Below the pieces are notes generated by a model, which saw only the letters and a program-made list of their open reading frames with translations, did not search any database and was not told where the DNA came from. DNA of 64,000 bases from Heteronotia binoei (lineage: Eukaryota): assembly GCF_032191835.1 (NCBI RefSeq), contig NC_083223.1:248372001-248436000 (forward strand), given 5' to 3'. The translations under genes were made by a program, and so were the position numbers. How positions within the stretch are numbered: position 1 is the stretch's first letter; each line of letters opens with the position of its first letter. Shown here one piece after another: positions 35,653 to 47,513 of the stretch.

Positions 35653-36349
35653 GCGCCTGGCCCTGCTGCATCTGTGGAATGTATGACCTGCTCCAGGGTT
35701 GTGAGATGGATCTGCCTCAATCAACCCCAGCTGGCCTCCCCCGTCCTCCGCAACCCGTGCCTGCAGCCTGTGGGGACTTGCTTTGCCCTTTGCAAGGCAG
35801 CCGCATGGGACAACCGGCTGGCAGCTTCCGCTCCATACATGCCAAGTTAGGGTAGAGTGGACACTTGCACAAAAAGAAAGAGCATTCATGGCTCTGGCGC
35901 TAACCATAGACTCCAGCATAACCGCTAGGCTTATAACCTTGTTTTTATCTTCCTGCTGTTTACAGATGAACATTAACGAATGTTTGTGGCAATGATTAAA
36001 TAGTCCATGATTGGGATTGGGGCCTGTGAGCCCTCCCAGTGCTGCTCCCTTCTTTTCTGTGTAGCTAAGCTAGCAAACTATTCTCCCCTGCCAGTGAAAG
36101 TGTGACTGGTACTGCTTACCTGCTTTTGGTGGGAGGGGGAAGAGCTGAGACAAAGCGGGCTAAATGGTTCTTTTGGTGGGGTCTCTGTCCAGGAATTATT
36201 TCCAAAATAAAGAAGAGCAATGGAGGAGGAAGGGGGGGGGAAGCCCCATAGCTGCCTGCTCTGAACCTGTTCCCTTCAGGTCGGACTTCGGTTCACATAG
36301 CAACAGAAGGCTCTGGGCTCAGATACTATCCCTTCCTGACCTCAGCCAA

Positions 36350-36378
36350 AATAAAGCAAGATAAGAAAACCATTTAAT
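36350..36378. terminator. Candidate convergent poly(A) signals: AATAAA (+, 36350-36355, SNX17) and ATTAAA (-, 36373-36378, ZNF513)
   Basis: Hexamers read directly from the sequence; an alternative SNX17 ATTAAA lies at 35995-36000. Confidence 0.45.
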
Positions 36379-36809
36379 GCGTTAATACACCATATAAATT
36401 ACACAGACTCAAGCAGCAACCACAGTTAAAGGGAGGGGGAGGTGTGGTAGGCACAAAAGACAGAAAAGCACCAAGAACTTCCCCCTCCCCTGGCTTCAGC
36501 TGCCCACCCCTCCCCCCGCCCCAGCAGCAGGCCGAATCTGTCACACTGATATGAGATGGAGCAGAAAGTTAAGATTTGCTTTCTCCAGCCCTCAAAATTG
36601 CTTAGGACATAGTTCAGAGCTTATAAAGTAACACCCCCTCCCCCCCGAGGTATGCACAGCTTCCATCCGGCCCCAGAAGCTTGCTAACAAGTCAGTGCCT
36701 CAAGTCTACCCCCACAGGCAGTGAAGACTGATGGATACCATTCTGTCTGCCAAGAGTGCAGAAGTGTTCAGGACCACCTCTTCAGTGTCCAAAAAATGTT
36801 CGCCCTGCT

Positions 36810-39800
36810 TTAAGGCATACTGTTGTCAGGGCCAGGTTCCCCTTCATCCGGCAGGACCTGCCCATGCACCTTTTGATGGCGCTTGTAGTTGTCCCAGTGG
36901 CCAGTGGTGTAGGGGCAGATGCGGCACTGGAAGGGCTTCTCACCGGTGTGTCTCAGCATGTGACGCTTGAGATTCATGCTCTGATTGCAGGAGTAGGAAC
37001 AGAGGCGGCAGCGGAAGGGCTTGTCCCCCGAGTGGATACGGCCATGGCGCTTGAGGTTGGCAAGATTGCCACAGGCATAGGGGCACAGCGGGCACTTGTA
37101 CGGTTTCTCACCAGTGTGCACCCGCTGATGCCGTTTGAGGTTGTCCAGGTGTGCTGAGGCATATGGGCAGAGGGCACAGGCAAAAGGTTTTTCACCGCTG
37201 TGTGTCTTCATGTGCCGTGCCAGGTGGTTGGGATAGGTTGTGACAAAGGAACACAGCTGGCACGAGAAGCCTTTAGGAGATGCGGGCTCAGTCCCCAGCA
37301 CTGTCAGGCTGCAGCGCCCACACACAGGCTCACCCAACCCCTCATCAGCCTCCAGAACCAGTCCACAGGCCCTGCAGGTGAACGGGAATAGCAGCTCGGG
37401 AAGAACAGTGGCAGAGTCCTCAGCTCGCAGAAAAGGGGAGCCAGGCAGCAGTGGTTCTGTGGAAGAAAGAAGCAGTGAGCAAGTTTGCTGACTTTCCCAA
37501 TTTCCCTGTGCAGGTCAAGGACCTGCATCTCCATTTTCATTAGCAACATCTCTTTCCCCCCTTTCCTTTGGTTCAGGCACCAAATAACTTCCTGCAGCCC
37601 ACCCCCAAGCCTGGGCTGTAAAGCTCCTGAGAAACAGGTTGTTATAAAACTGAAGCATGGATCAGCAACAGGAGTTTAGTTTCTCTGTGGGGAAGGTTGG
37701 AACTCCTGGTTGCAGACTCCACTAGCCCACTGAAGTGGCAGCTAATTTCTGTCATAGAACAAGATGACAGATCCCTGCTCTAAAGAGTTCTGCAGTCTAA
37801 AATTTTAGAGGGGGAGATGAATTACATGTCGATTGCAGCAAAAAAGGACAGGCAGCAGTCTTGTGACACTTGGACTACACTCTATTCCAGCATAAGCTTT
37901 TGTAAACTAGAAGTCCACTAGCTCATACGCTCTTATGCGTGCTCTCTATGCAGTCATTTTACAGAGAAGTATTTTTTTAAAAAAATCAGTGAAGGGATAC
38001 AGACTCAAGAAAAGTATTCTTAGGCTTAATTTCAACAGGGCAGGGAAATAGCCCAGGTTGGAGATTCAGACTCAAATGATGGTAAGCAACATTTGCCCTA
38101 GAACTGGAGAATCATAAAAGCTTCAACTTGGGAAGGTAGCGTTTGCTACATCAAGGGTATTGCCAAGCCTTGCTGCTATGCAACCCAGGGCCCTTGCTCT
38201 GACTATACCTGTCTCCTGGTCAGCTGCAGGTGGTCCCTCCAACTCTGGCTCTGATTCCCCTTGCGGCTGCTGGCTATTGTGCTGGACAGAGTTGCCATGG
38301 ATGCAGCGGCAGTTGCAGGGGCTGCTGCGCGCTGGCTGTTCCTGGGCGTGGACTCGCTGGTGCCTCTTGAGGTTGCCAAGGCTGCTGCAAGCAAAGGGGC
38401 AAGTGGGGCAGCGGTATGGCTTCTCGCCCGTGTGGGTGCGCAGGTGACGTGTCAGGTTGACCAGCTGGGCTGAGGCGTAGGAGCAGTGCGGGCAGCGGTA
38501 AGGCTTTTCACCGTTGTGAGTCTTCATGTGGCGTTTGAGGTGGCTGGAGTAGTGTGAACTGAAGGAGCACAGCTGGCAGGAGAAGACCACACGCCCCTTA
38601 AGGGAGCCTTCCTCGTCCCCCTCGGGGCAAGGACGGCAGGGGGTGGAGCCGGGAGCAGGCAGGCCACAGTGGTGACAGGCCAGGCCTGGGCCACCAGTCT
38701 CTCTGTCCTCCTGGGTCTGACACAGAGGTGCGAACTCCTCCTCGCTCAGTGGGTAGGCCGGCAGCCCAGGAGTCCCCCCAAGGGAGTCTGCAGCACACAA
38801 GGAGGGGGCATCAGGTAGGCAGCTGTGGGGATCCTCACCTTGGCCTCTCCCTTTCCTGCTGGTACAATAGGGGGTTACCGGGTGGGGGACCTAAGCTGCA
38901 GGAATCCCTCCACCCTCCCTCTGGGCTCCCTTGCCCCACTGTTCCCCTAAAAGGGACTCCTGAATGTGTAGCCTCTCTTGTCTAGAAACTCTGGAGCAGG
39001 GGTGGCTAAATTTGCTTAAGGTAAGAGCCACATAGAATAAATGTCAGATGTTTGAGAGTCAGAAGGAAGGCAAAGGGGGGGGAGGTGGAAAGCAACCTTA
39101 AATGCATCTTTCTAGCCACTGGCTGGCTTGGTGATATTAAAGAGACATTAAAATGCCTTCTCCAAGCTATCTGGCAAGGCGGTGGGGGCTTCAGGAGCCA
39201 CACAATATGTGTGAAAGATCCACATGTGGCTCCCGAGCTGCAGTTTGGCCACCCCTGCTCTGGAGTCTTGTCCAACAGATGCAGCTGTTCTGCATGTTCC
39301 CTACAAAACATTCAGCTTCTCTCCTTCACCACCACCTCCCATCTCACTACAAAGAGGGGAGGGAGAAAAAATTAGTTTGGTTTTGACACTTCTGGCTCTG
39401 AACTCAGCTAAACAAGAACTGAGGACACCCGAAACGCCACTGTTCCAAGACAGTAGCCCAGTACAAAAACAGCACTTACTAGCCCAGGAACACTACTTGG
39501 GCTACCTGGGGGGCCCAAGGACCACAACCTCCCATCCCCCGAACCAACCTTCTGAGTCCTTCTCGAAAGCCAGGATCTGGTCGCCACTCTCCTCCAGTTC
39601 GTGCTCCAGGAGGAAGTTCCCTTGCGGCGCCAGGTTGTCTCCCGGGAGTTCAGCGGGAACTCCGACGGTATCCACTGCAACAGAGGGAAGCCGCTTCAGA
39701 GACCGCCAACCAGAAAAAGTCATCTGGGCACCAGCCTAAGGAGGGGAAGTGGGGAGCATCCCAGGAGGAGTCCCAAGCCCAACCTTCCCCGCCCCCGCCC

Positions 39801-40029
39801 TTTGACAAAGGTTTCTAGCCCTCATGACTGCCTGACCAGAGAATCGCGGAGTGGCTGCTCGGCCTGGAGACAGCAGGAGGAGAATCTTCGGGAGGGATCA
39901 GCCCGAAGTTCCTCCGGTGTAGAGGATCAGCCTGGAGGGGGAAGACACCAGCAGCCCCTCCGCGGAGAAAAGGGCCGAGGCTGTCTCACCTTTGACTGGT
40001 TGTGGGTTACGCTGCTTCCGGCGGGGCAT
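36810..40029 (-). CDS. ZNF513: Zinc finger protein 513 (463 aa, 4 coding exons)
   Basis: Exons 40029-39990, 39674-39549, 38787-38209, 37456-36810; all phase 1, 1392 nt. MPRRKQRNPQPVK start, AFEKDSE, HYSSHLKRHM, ASAQLVNLTRH, LPELLFP, YPNHLARHM, NQSMNLKRHMLRH, TTGHWDNYKRHQKVHG are diagnostic of ZNF513. Confidence 0.96.
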
Positions 40030-40540
40030 TTTGCCCGGCGGGGGAAAGGGCGGCCGCTCCAGCCCTGGGTGCCTCCCCCGCACCGGGTCGCTCAACGCCG
40101 CTCGGCCTCGTCTTCCGCCTCCACCGCCCCCAGGCCCCGGCAGATGCTCCCGCCGACGCTCCCGCCCATCCGCGGGGCGGGCTGCCAGAGCAGCGCACGG
40201 TTCCGGTTCCGCTCCCGTCCGCGCTGCAAGACGGGAAATGAAGTCCTGAGAAAACACAAAAGAAGACAAAAAGGAAGGACCGGTGGGACCGTGAAGAACA
40301 CTCCCTTACGCAACAGCCGAGGGGCGTGGTGGGGTACGTATCGCGTCAGCAGTGACGTCACGCCGCTCACATCGCTTCGCCCTCTCCCCGCTAATAATTA
40401 TACCTTCGCCTTCTGCTTCCGGTTGCCGCGAGCCCTTTAAGAAGTGTCCTGATTGGCCGAAGAAATAGGCGGGCGTTTTGGGTTCACCGCGGAGCCCAGC
40501 GAAAAGTTGGATACGCCTGTGCGGTTCCGAATGAAGAAGA
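39600..40540 (-). promoter_or_regulatory. CpG-island promoter of ZNF513
   Basis: CpG-rich; CRE TGACGTCA 40353-40360, ETS-type CTTCCGG ~40416-40422, reverse CCAAT (ATTGG) ~40452. Confidence 0.75.
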
Positions 40541-43500
40541 CTTGGTTTTCATACGCTGCTTTTCTCTACTCCAAGGAGTCTCACAAAGCGGTTTATAATC
40601 CCATTCCCTTCTTCTCTCCCCACAACAGGCACCTTGGGAGGGCAGTGGGGCAGAGAACCGGCCCAAAGTCACCTAGCTGGCTTCGTGTGGCGGAATGGAG
40701 AATCAAACCCGGTCTTCCAGATTAAAGTCCGCTGCTCTCTCTCTCTTTTTAAAAGAATAATTTTTATTGTCATCGCAAACGGCTTACAAAGAATATTAAA
40801 GCATTAAAAATAACACATCAGGAAATACATACAATCCACACACGTGTAGAGGTACATGAAAAAATATATTTTACAAATTAAGTTAGAGAAAAATAATCAG
40901 CAAAACTAACTCTTAAAAAGGGTGACCACTTTTCCATTATAGACCTATGCTAACGTGGTGTAGCTCAGCAGTGATCTTGTCTAATACAAAATAGTCCTAG
41001 ATTTTAAGATACCAAACTCATATATAAGGAGGATTCTCATCTTTTCATTTATGTCCGCTGCTCTTAACCAGGCTCTAGACCAGGCTGGCTCTGTTCTCGC
41101 CCATGGGCTGGTAGCGCTCAGGTAGCTCTGATTGTTATTTGTCAAGCCTTGCCAGACTGGTTGTGCAGTCCTAGCAAGAGTCCAGTAGCACCCTTAAGAC
41201 TACGAACATTTGTGATAGGGTATGAGCTTTGGTGAGTCACTGCTCACTTTTTCAGATGTTTTAGCAGTAAATTTCCTTGAATTCAGTGGGATTTGCTCCT
41301 TTGTCAGTGCAATGAAGTGTCCTGGCTATGAAATGAGATCTGAGAGACCTGAGTTTAAATTTCCACTCTTCCATGAAAGTTTGCTGGGTGACCTTTGGGT
41401 CAGTCACACCCACTCCCCCTTGCCACCTCACCTACTTCGCAGGATTGTTGTGAGGGCAGGCTGCTTGAGAAAATAATGCACATCCTCTTAAGTGTGCAAA
41501 TTTTTGCAGTCATAGTGAATCCTCAAAGCAAATCCAAGGATTGCATGGTATCCCTTTTGGATCGTTTGGGTTGTTCATTGTGGCACCTTTTTTGATGTTA
41601 GGCTCAGAAATCTTTCCGTTTAAGGGGATTGGTTAGGTATGCACCAATTCACAGCTCTCTGCCAAAACATGAAAAAGGGCAAGAAGAGGCTGGCTGGCCT
41701 TGACATTTGTATTGTGTAAGCACAAGACACATTCTACAGTCTCTTGCACTATAATCATAGACCTGAAGCCATCCACTTGTTCCCTGTATTTGGGGACTAT
41801 ATTCCAGCAAGGGGCTTAGTTACTTGCTAAAGTTTTGCTAAATGGAATTTATGATTGTACAGTAAACAGCCTTATACTAAGTCGGAACACTGGTCTACCA
41901 CGGCAGCTCTTCTGGGTCTCAGGCAGAGGTCTTTTTCATTATATTCTACCTGATCCCTTAAACTGGAAATCTGGGGGTTGAACCTGGAACCTTGTATGTG
42001 CAAAGTGATTACTCCACCACTCAGCCATGACCAGGCCTCAGATTCAGTGGGAGCTCACAGGAGCACAGCTCCTGAACCTTTCTGAGAGTTCCACCTTCTT
42101 GTCCATTGAATAGTATTGCAGCTGCATAACAATCCCTCGATGAGCTCCACCACCTATTTTTCTACAAAATGACCCCTGGCCATGACCACTCCAAAAAAAG
42201 GAGATGGGGAGAGGCATCACTCCCATTTGGCTAAAAGAGTAACTGCAGGTGCTGTCCAACGTGTCAATAATGACCTCAGTGCTGGAGCAGATTTATATGA
42301 GCAGAAGTAGTTATAAGAATACCATGGCTATTGATATTTTAGTATTTGGAAGGTCACAGCCAGGATTCATGTGCCTTTATGGCAAGCAACTTATTGTGGC
42401 CTAGGGAGTTAAGATACACACATTCAAACATAGGTGAGAGCATGGCCAGAGATAGGCAATCCATACTGGCTATATTATTACAATACAAAAACCATTTCCT
42501 GAATAATTCCTTGTTCCCCGCCCCCCTTAGTCTAACAAAAGGTCTTCTTTCTTCATTTCATGGAGAGTTTGTCTGCTCTATGCATGACAATCTTTTCACA
42601 GGGAAATCTGTTTCTATTGCAGCCAAAAGGAATTCTTTTTATTTGGAAGTACAACTTGGAAGTGGCAGTGCTGTGATCAGCTGCTATTATGATCAGCTGG
42701 GGCAACCAGCCTTTTGCTAGGCAGAGGAATTTCCCTGGGAATAAGTTTTCTCCATAACTCAGTTTGGATGAGGTTTTGGGGGAGGCCTTCCTTCCAACAT
42801 CAATGAGGCATGACCAGGCAAATTACAGGACCTCTGGGTAGATATGGAAGAGCCTAGAAAACATACTTGGAGAAACAAACAAACAAAACAACAATAATAA
42901 ATGCATTTTTCTTTTAAAGCTTTTCTTGGCTGTCCACAAATTGCCATAACTTGAGCTCCTGTTGAGATAGGGTTGCACATATTAGCTAAATTACCACACT
43001 TGTTTTTGAACTGGAGGCTTCCTCCTCCTCATATGGAGTCTTAGTCTGACAAGGTCTCTATCCTTCCATCATTTAAGGGCAAATTTTATACACCATACAT
43101 TATGCAGAATACAAATCCACAATATAAACCTATGCATCACTTCTCATAATTCAGGCTAGTGTACACCCATATAGAAAGCATGCACCTAGAGATTCGTGAG
43201 AGGCTTTTTACTTTGTTGCAACAGATATGAATTTTAAAAAAGAAAACATGAAATTGTGCACAAGATTGGAGCTTCAAAAAGAGATTACCAGAGTTGGAAT
43301 TACCCCTGGATTATGAAAATGGTCACAAAAAGGGAAGGAAAACTTTTGCTATAGCTTTGGAACATATGAAATTGTCAAAAATAAGAAAAACGTCAAAAAC
43401 AAACAAAACAAAACTGAGTCCTCAATAGAACACTTCCAGCTTTAACATACATGTATATGAGGGATCAGATTCAAAATGATTAGGGAACTGGATCAGAGAA

Positions 43501-44559
43501 TTTAAACCATTTTTCTCTGTGCCAGTTCATCCAAAATTTGTTCTGTGGGTCTCACATAGGTGTGAGAGTGGGTTTCAACAAACTTTAAATAAATAAACTT
43601 AGGAGAAAACCTAGTAAGGAGCTTGCACAGCCAAGGAGATGTGTGAGGCAGTGCAAAGATGTAATTCAAAACTGATGCATAAAGCAGGGTGCTAAAACAT
43701 GCACCTTGATGAAGAAGGTTGAAATAATGGAGAGGCTGAAACTTCATAAAATAAAAATAGATAAGCATATAGATGCCTCTTTCCATAGGTAAGAGGTTCA
43801 TCAAATAGCTAAAGAGGAAGATTGATATGTACAGTTCATAGATGGAACATAACTATAAATGACATTAAGAGAGCAAATGAAGATATTCATTTGAGGAATG
43901 CAGAATATTAGTAAAGTCCAGATTTCTAATGAAGACCAAGAGTTTTCAGGAATTCTGCCTAGTGAATTACCAATAAATCTAGAAAAGCTTTTCTATGAGA
44001 AACACGACACTGAGAATAATTGGGTCTTAGTATTAGTTTTTCAAGACTTAAGAGAGAAGCTGCACAGTGAGAGGGTAGTTTTATCAAAGGAAGGGTATAG
44101 ATGTTCTTTTATAACACATGCTGTAACTTCAAATGAAAAGAAGTCTTGTAGGAACCAAAATTTGTGAGGTGGAATTTTAAAACACTGTTATTTTCAGAAA
44201 ATAAAAATTCAGAACCAACAACATAACGAATTTTCAAATTTAAATGAATGAAAAATTGGGAAGATAAAAAACTGTGTTAAATGTAAAACTAATAGCCTTG
44301 ACAGGAGACAAGATACATAAATACAAACAAGTCATAGATTTCATTGTGAGTTGCAAAAACAGCAGCAACCAAATTCTCTGGAGATGGCTTTTGCCCAGCC
44401 TCTTCCAGCATTTGAGGCTGAGATTGAAATTGGGAATCAGATTTGGAAGACTGTGATACCATGCCATCTTTAGCTGGGTGCCAGAACCCACAAAAGACCT
44501 GCAAGAGAAAACACAGCAGCATGCCTACACCTCAGTTAAGGGGAGCTGGACCATGCCAA

Positions 44560-44975
44560 GTTAATAAGCCCAAAGAAATTCAGGTTGTTCCTGAACCTGC
44601 ATTTGGGTAGGGACCTTCATTTTCACTCCTTTTAATTGTTTTTGAAGAGTGGCTTTCAATGTCTGATTAGCATGTTCCACGATAGCTTGGCCTGTGGAAT
44701 TATAAGAAATACCAGGACTGAGACTGATGTCTCATTGGATACAAAATGTTTGGAAACCATCAGAACAGTAGGCAGGGCCATCATCTGTCCTGAGTTTTTG
44801 AGGTTTCCCCAGAACAGTGATGGCAGCAATTAAGTGAGCAAAGACATGATTTGTGGCTTCACCAGTGAGCAGTAGCCTAAAGATATTTAGAGTACATGAC
44901 TATACAAATATGGACACAGTATCAGGGTTTCAGGGAAACTATATGGTTAATATCCATTTTTCAAAGTTTGTTAGG
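44560..44975 (-). mobile_element. Class II (betaretrovirus-like) ERV integrase core, degenerate
   Basis: Manual translation: PNKL*KMDINHI...VHICI..YSKYL*ATAH/TGEATNHVFAHLIAAITVLGKPQKLRTDDGPAYCSDGFQTFCIQ*DISLSPGISYNSTGQAIVEHANQTLKATLQKQ, colinear with HERV-K/MMTV-type IN (WQMDVTH...TDNGPGY...GQAIVERTNRTLK). Confidence 0.88.
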
Positions 44976-45675
44976 GAGCACTTTCCCTATGAGGAAAGGT
45001 TAAAACACTTGAGGCTCTTTAGCTTGGAGAAACATTGACCACAGGGTGATATGATAAAGGTTTACAAGATTATGCATGGGATGGAGAAAGCAGAGAAAGA
45101 AATACTTTTCTCCCTTTCTCACAATACAAAAACTTGTGAGCATTCAATGAAATTGCTGAGCAATCAGGCTAAAACAGATAAAAAGAAGTACTTCTTCACC
45201 CAAAGGGTGATTAACATGTGGAATTCACTGCTACAGGTGGTGGCGGCAGCTACAAGCATAGCCAGTTCCAAGTGGGGACTAGATAAAAATATAGAGCAGA
45301 GGTCCATTAGTTGCTATTAGCCACAGTATATATAAACCTATATATGTGCATGTGTGAATGCATAGAAAAAGACATTGGATCTATATTCTGCCCTCCCTCA
45401 CAACAGACACCCTGTGAGGTGGGTGGGGCTGAGAGGATTCTCACAGCAGCTGCACTTTTAAGGACAACCTTTGCCAGAGCTATGGCTAATCCAAGGCTGT
45501 TCCAGCAGTTGTAAGTGGAGGAGTGGGGAATCAAACCTAGTTCTCCCAGATAAGAGTCTACACACTTAATCACTACACCAAACTGACACATATATTGGTC
45601 ACTGGATGACACAGAGTGCTGGACTGGATGGGCTGTTGGCCTGATCCAACACAGCTTCTCTTATGTTCTTATGTT
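44976..45675 (+). mobile_element. CR1 3' fragment inserted into ERV pol, interrupted by a Squam3-like SINE (~45360-45590)
   Basis: YEERLKHL.LFSLEK...MIKVYKIMHG...KYFFTQRVINMWNSL; CR1 tail resumes at ~45590 and ends ttatgttcttatg. Confidence 0.88.
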
Positions 45676-45719
45676 AGTTTGCAAACTACACAGGTTAACA
45701 GCATAAATAGAGAAATAAC

Positions 45720-45815
45720 ATCTTTCAAAATCTTACAAGCAAATGCATTGCCCTGAGCAATCACACCAGGAAGATTAAAATTCTTTTCACTATGAGTAAC
45801 AGAAAATAGGTAACT
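45720..45815 (-). mobile_element. ERV pol remnant: RNase H C-terminus
   Basis: Translates FSVTHSEKNFNLPGVIAQGNAFA, comparable to betaretroviral ITHIRAHTNLPGPL..AN.QAD; correct position upstream of IN. Confidence 0.6.
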
Positions 45816-45869
45816 CACAACAAAAAATTAAAAACTGCAAGATTAAAAGCTTTTGACGGTGCGTCACTG

Positions 45870-46730
45870 ATACCAGTGCGCAGGGTCAGGAGCTTGGGAG
45901 TGCTACTGGAGTCTTCCTTGACAATGGAGGCCCAGATAGCAGCCACTGCCAAATCCACCTTTTTCCACCTTAGGCAGGTGGCTCCCTTCCTGGAGCGCAA
46001 TGACCTGGCAACAGTGATCCATGCAACGATCACCTCGAGGCTAGACTACTGTAATGCCCTCTACATGGGGCTGCCCCTGTGCCGAACCCGGAAGCTGCAG
46101 CTAGTGCAGAATGCAGCAGCCAGACTGCTATTGGGCCTACCTCGGTGGGAACATGTGCGGGCTGGGCTGCGGGAACTGCATTGGCTGCCAGTTATTTACC
46201 GAGTTCGTTACAAGGTGCTGGTTATTACCTTTAAAGCCCTATATGGCCGAGGACCTGTTTACCTTAGGGACCGCCTCTCTCCATATGTTCCCCAGAGAGC
46301 ACTGCGATCCAGCTCACAAAACCTTCTGGAAGTACCTGGGCCAAAGGAGGCCAAACTAAAAATAACCAGAGAACAGGCCTTCTCTATAAAAGCACCCCAA
46401 TGGTGGAACTGCCGGAAGAGGTGGGACATTAGCCAATTCCGTAGGGCGTGCAAAACCGCCCTCTTCCGGCTAGCCTTCCAAGATGAAACCTGAAATGAAC
46501 ACCATGCCATCACTAACATCAACAATCGAGTTAGCAATAAGATAAGATTATTTTAGATTGATTTTAGATTTTTATGTTATGTAAATTTAATGGTAAATTT
46601 TAAATGGTATAGAAATGTATAATTGTTTTATTGTTTAACATGGCTTTTGCCACACTCTGTAAGCCGCCCTGAGCCTGCCTCAGTGGGGAGGGCGGGATAT
46701 AAATAAAATTTTTATTATTATTATTATAAA
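45870..46730 (+). mobile_element. 5'-truncated L2 LINE
   Basis: ORF 45876-46493: VRSLGVLL...[12 protein letters not shown]...VQNAAARLL; 3' end gtaagccgccctgag...gggcgggatataaat and (TTA)n. Confidence 0.9.
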
Positions 46731-46869
46731 AGTATAATCAATCAAATTAAGGTTAATTTGGAGAGATACATGAACCAGGAAGCTGATGAATCAAATTAAA
46801 TGTATATAAGGTGTCTTATTAAGTTGAAAGCCTGTGTGAATAGTAACAATTTCAGCCTGCTGCACTGAG

Positions 46870-47075
46870 CCCTGCTGAAAAGTAAAGTATATCTTTTACA
46901 CTTCCCCCCCCCCCAACAAACTGAGTACTCATTTGACCAACCCCAGAAGAGTGGAAGCCTGAGTAACCTTGAGGCAGCTACCTGAATCCAGCTTCCTCCA
47001 GGATCAAACTCAGGCTGTAAGCAGAGCTAAAGACTGCAGTACTGCAGCTTCAACACTCTGCACCATGGGGCTCTT
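46870..47075 (-). mobile_element. Sauria/Squam1-like SINE, 5' portion
   Basis: agagccccatggtgcagagtg...aagctgcagtactgcag...gagtttgatcc...ggtagctgcctcaagg...cttccac...aaatgagtac; truncates the ERV gag. Confidence 0.7.
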
Positions 47076-47513
47076 TTTGAATCCAAATTAGCATTTCCCT
47101 TGGCCAATTTCATCATCAATTCTCCTGCTGCATCAGGATTATCAATCTGTCTTCTGATTGCTGCCTGAAGACAATTGATAAAGTCTAGGTAGGGCTCTTG
47201 TGGCTTTTGACAGACAGTTGCAACAGGGAGCACAGCTTGCACTTCAATAGTACTGAACTGTCCAGATCCATATAGTTGTTCAGCAGTATAAGACCCATTG
47301 GAGCCACACCCTTGAGCATCAGCCAAATTACAATATTCACTGTCCCATGCCACATACTGTTCAGGAGTTAACATCATCCTTATCACATTTTTCCAATCTT
47401 GAGGAATCACAGTGTATCCATTAGAGATTCCTTCTAAAAGACTTTGCACATTGGTTTCCCCTATGCCCATATCTCTGATAGCCTTTTGAGTTTCACTCAA
47501 GACAGAGTGGGGC

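Noticed and set aside
42000-44550. ERV env gene or 3' LTR
   Set aside because: No furin site, fusion peptide, CX6-7C motif or LTR pair could be identified by eye.
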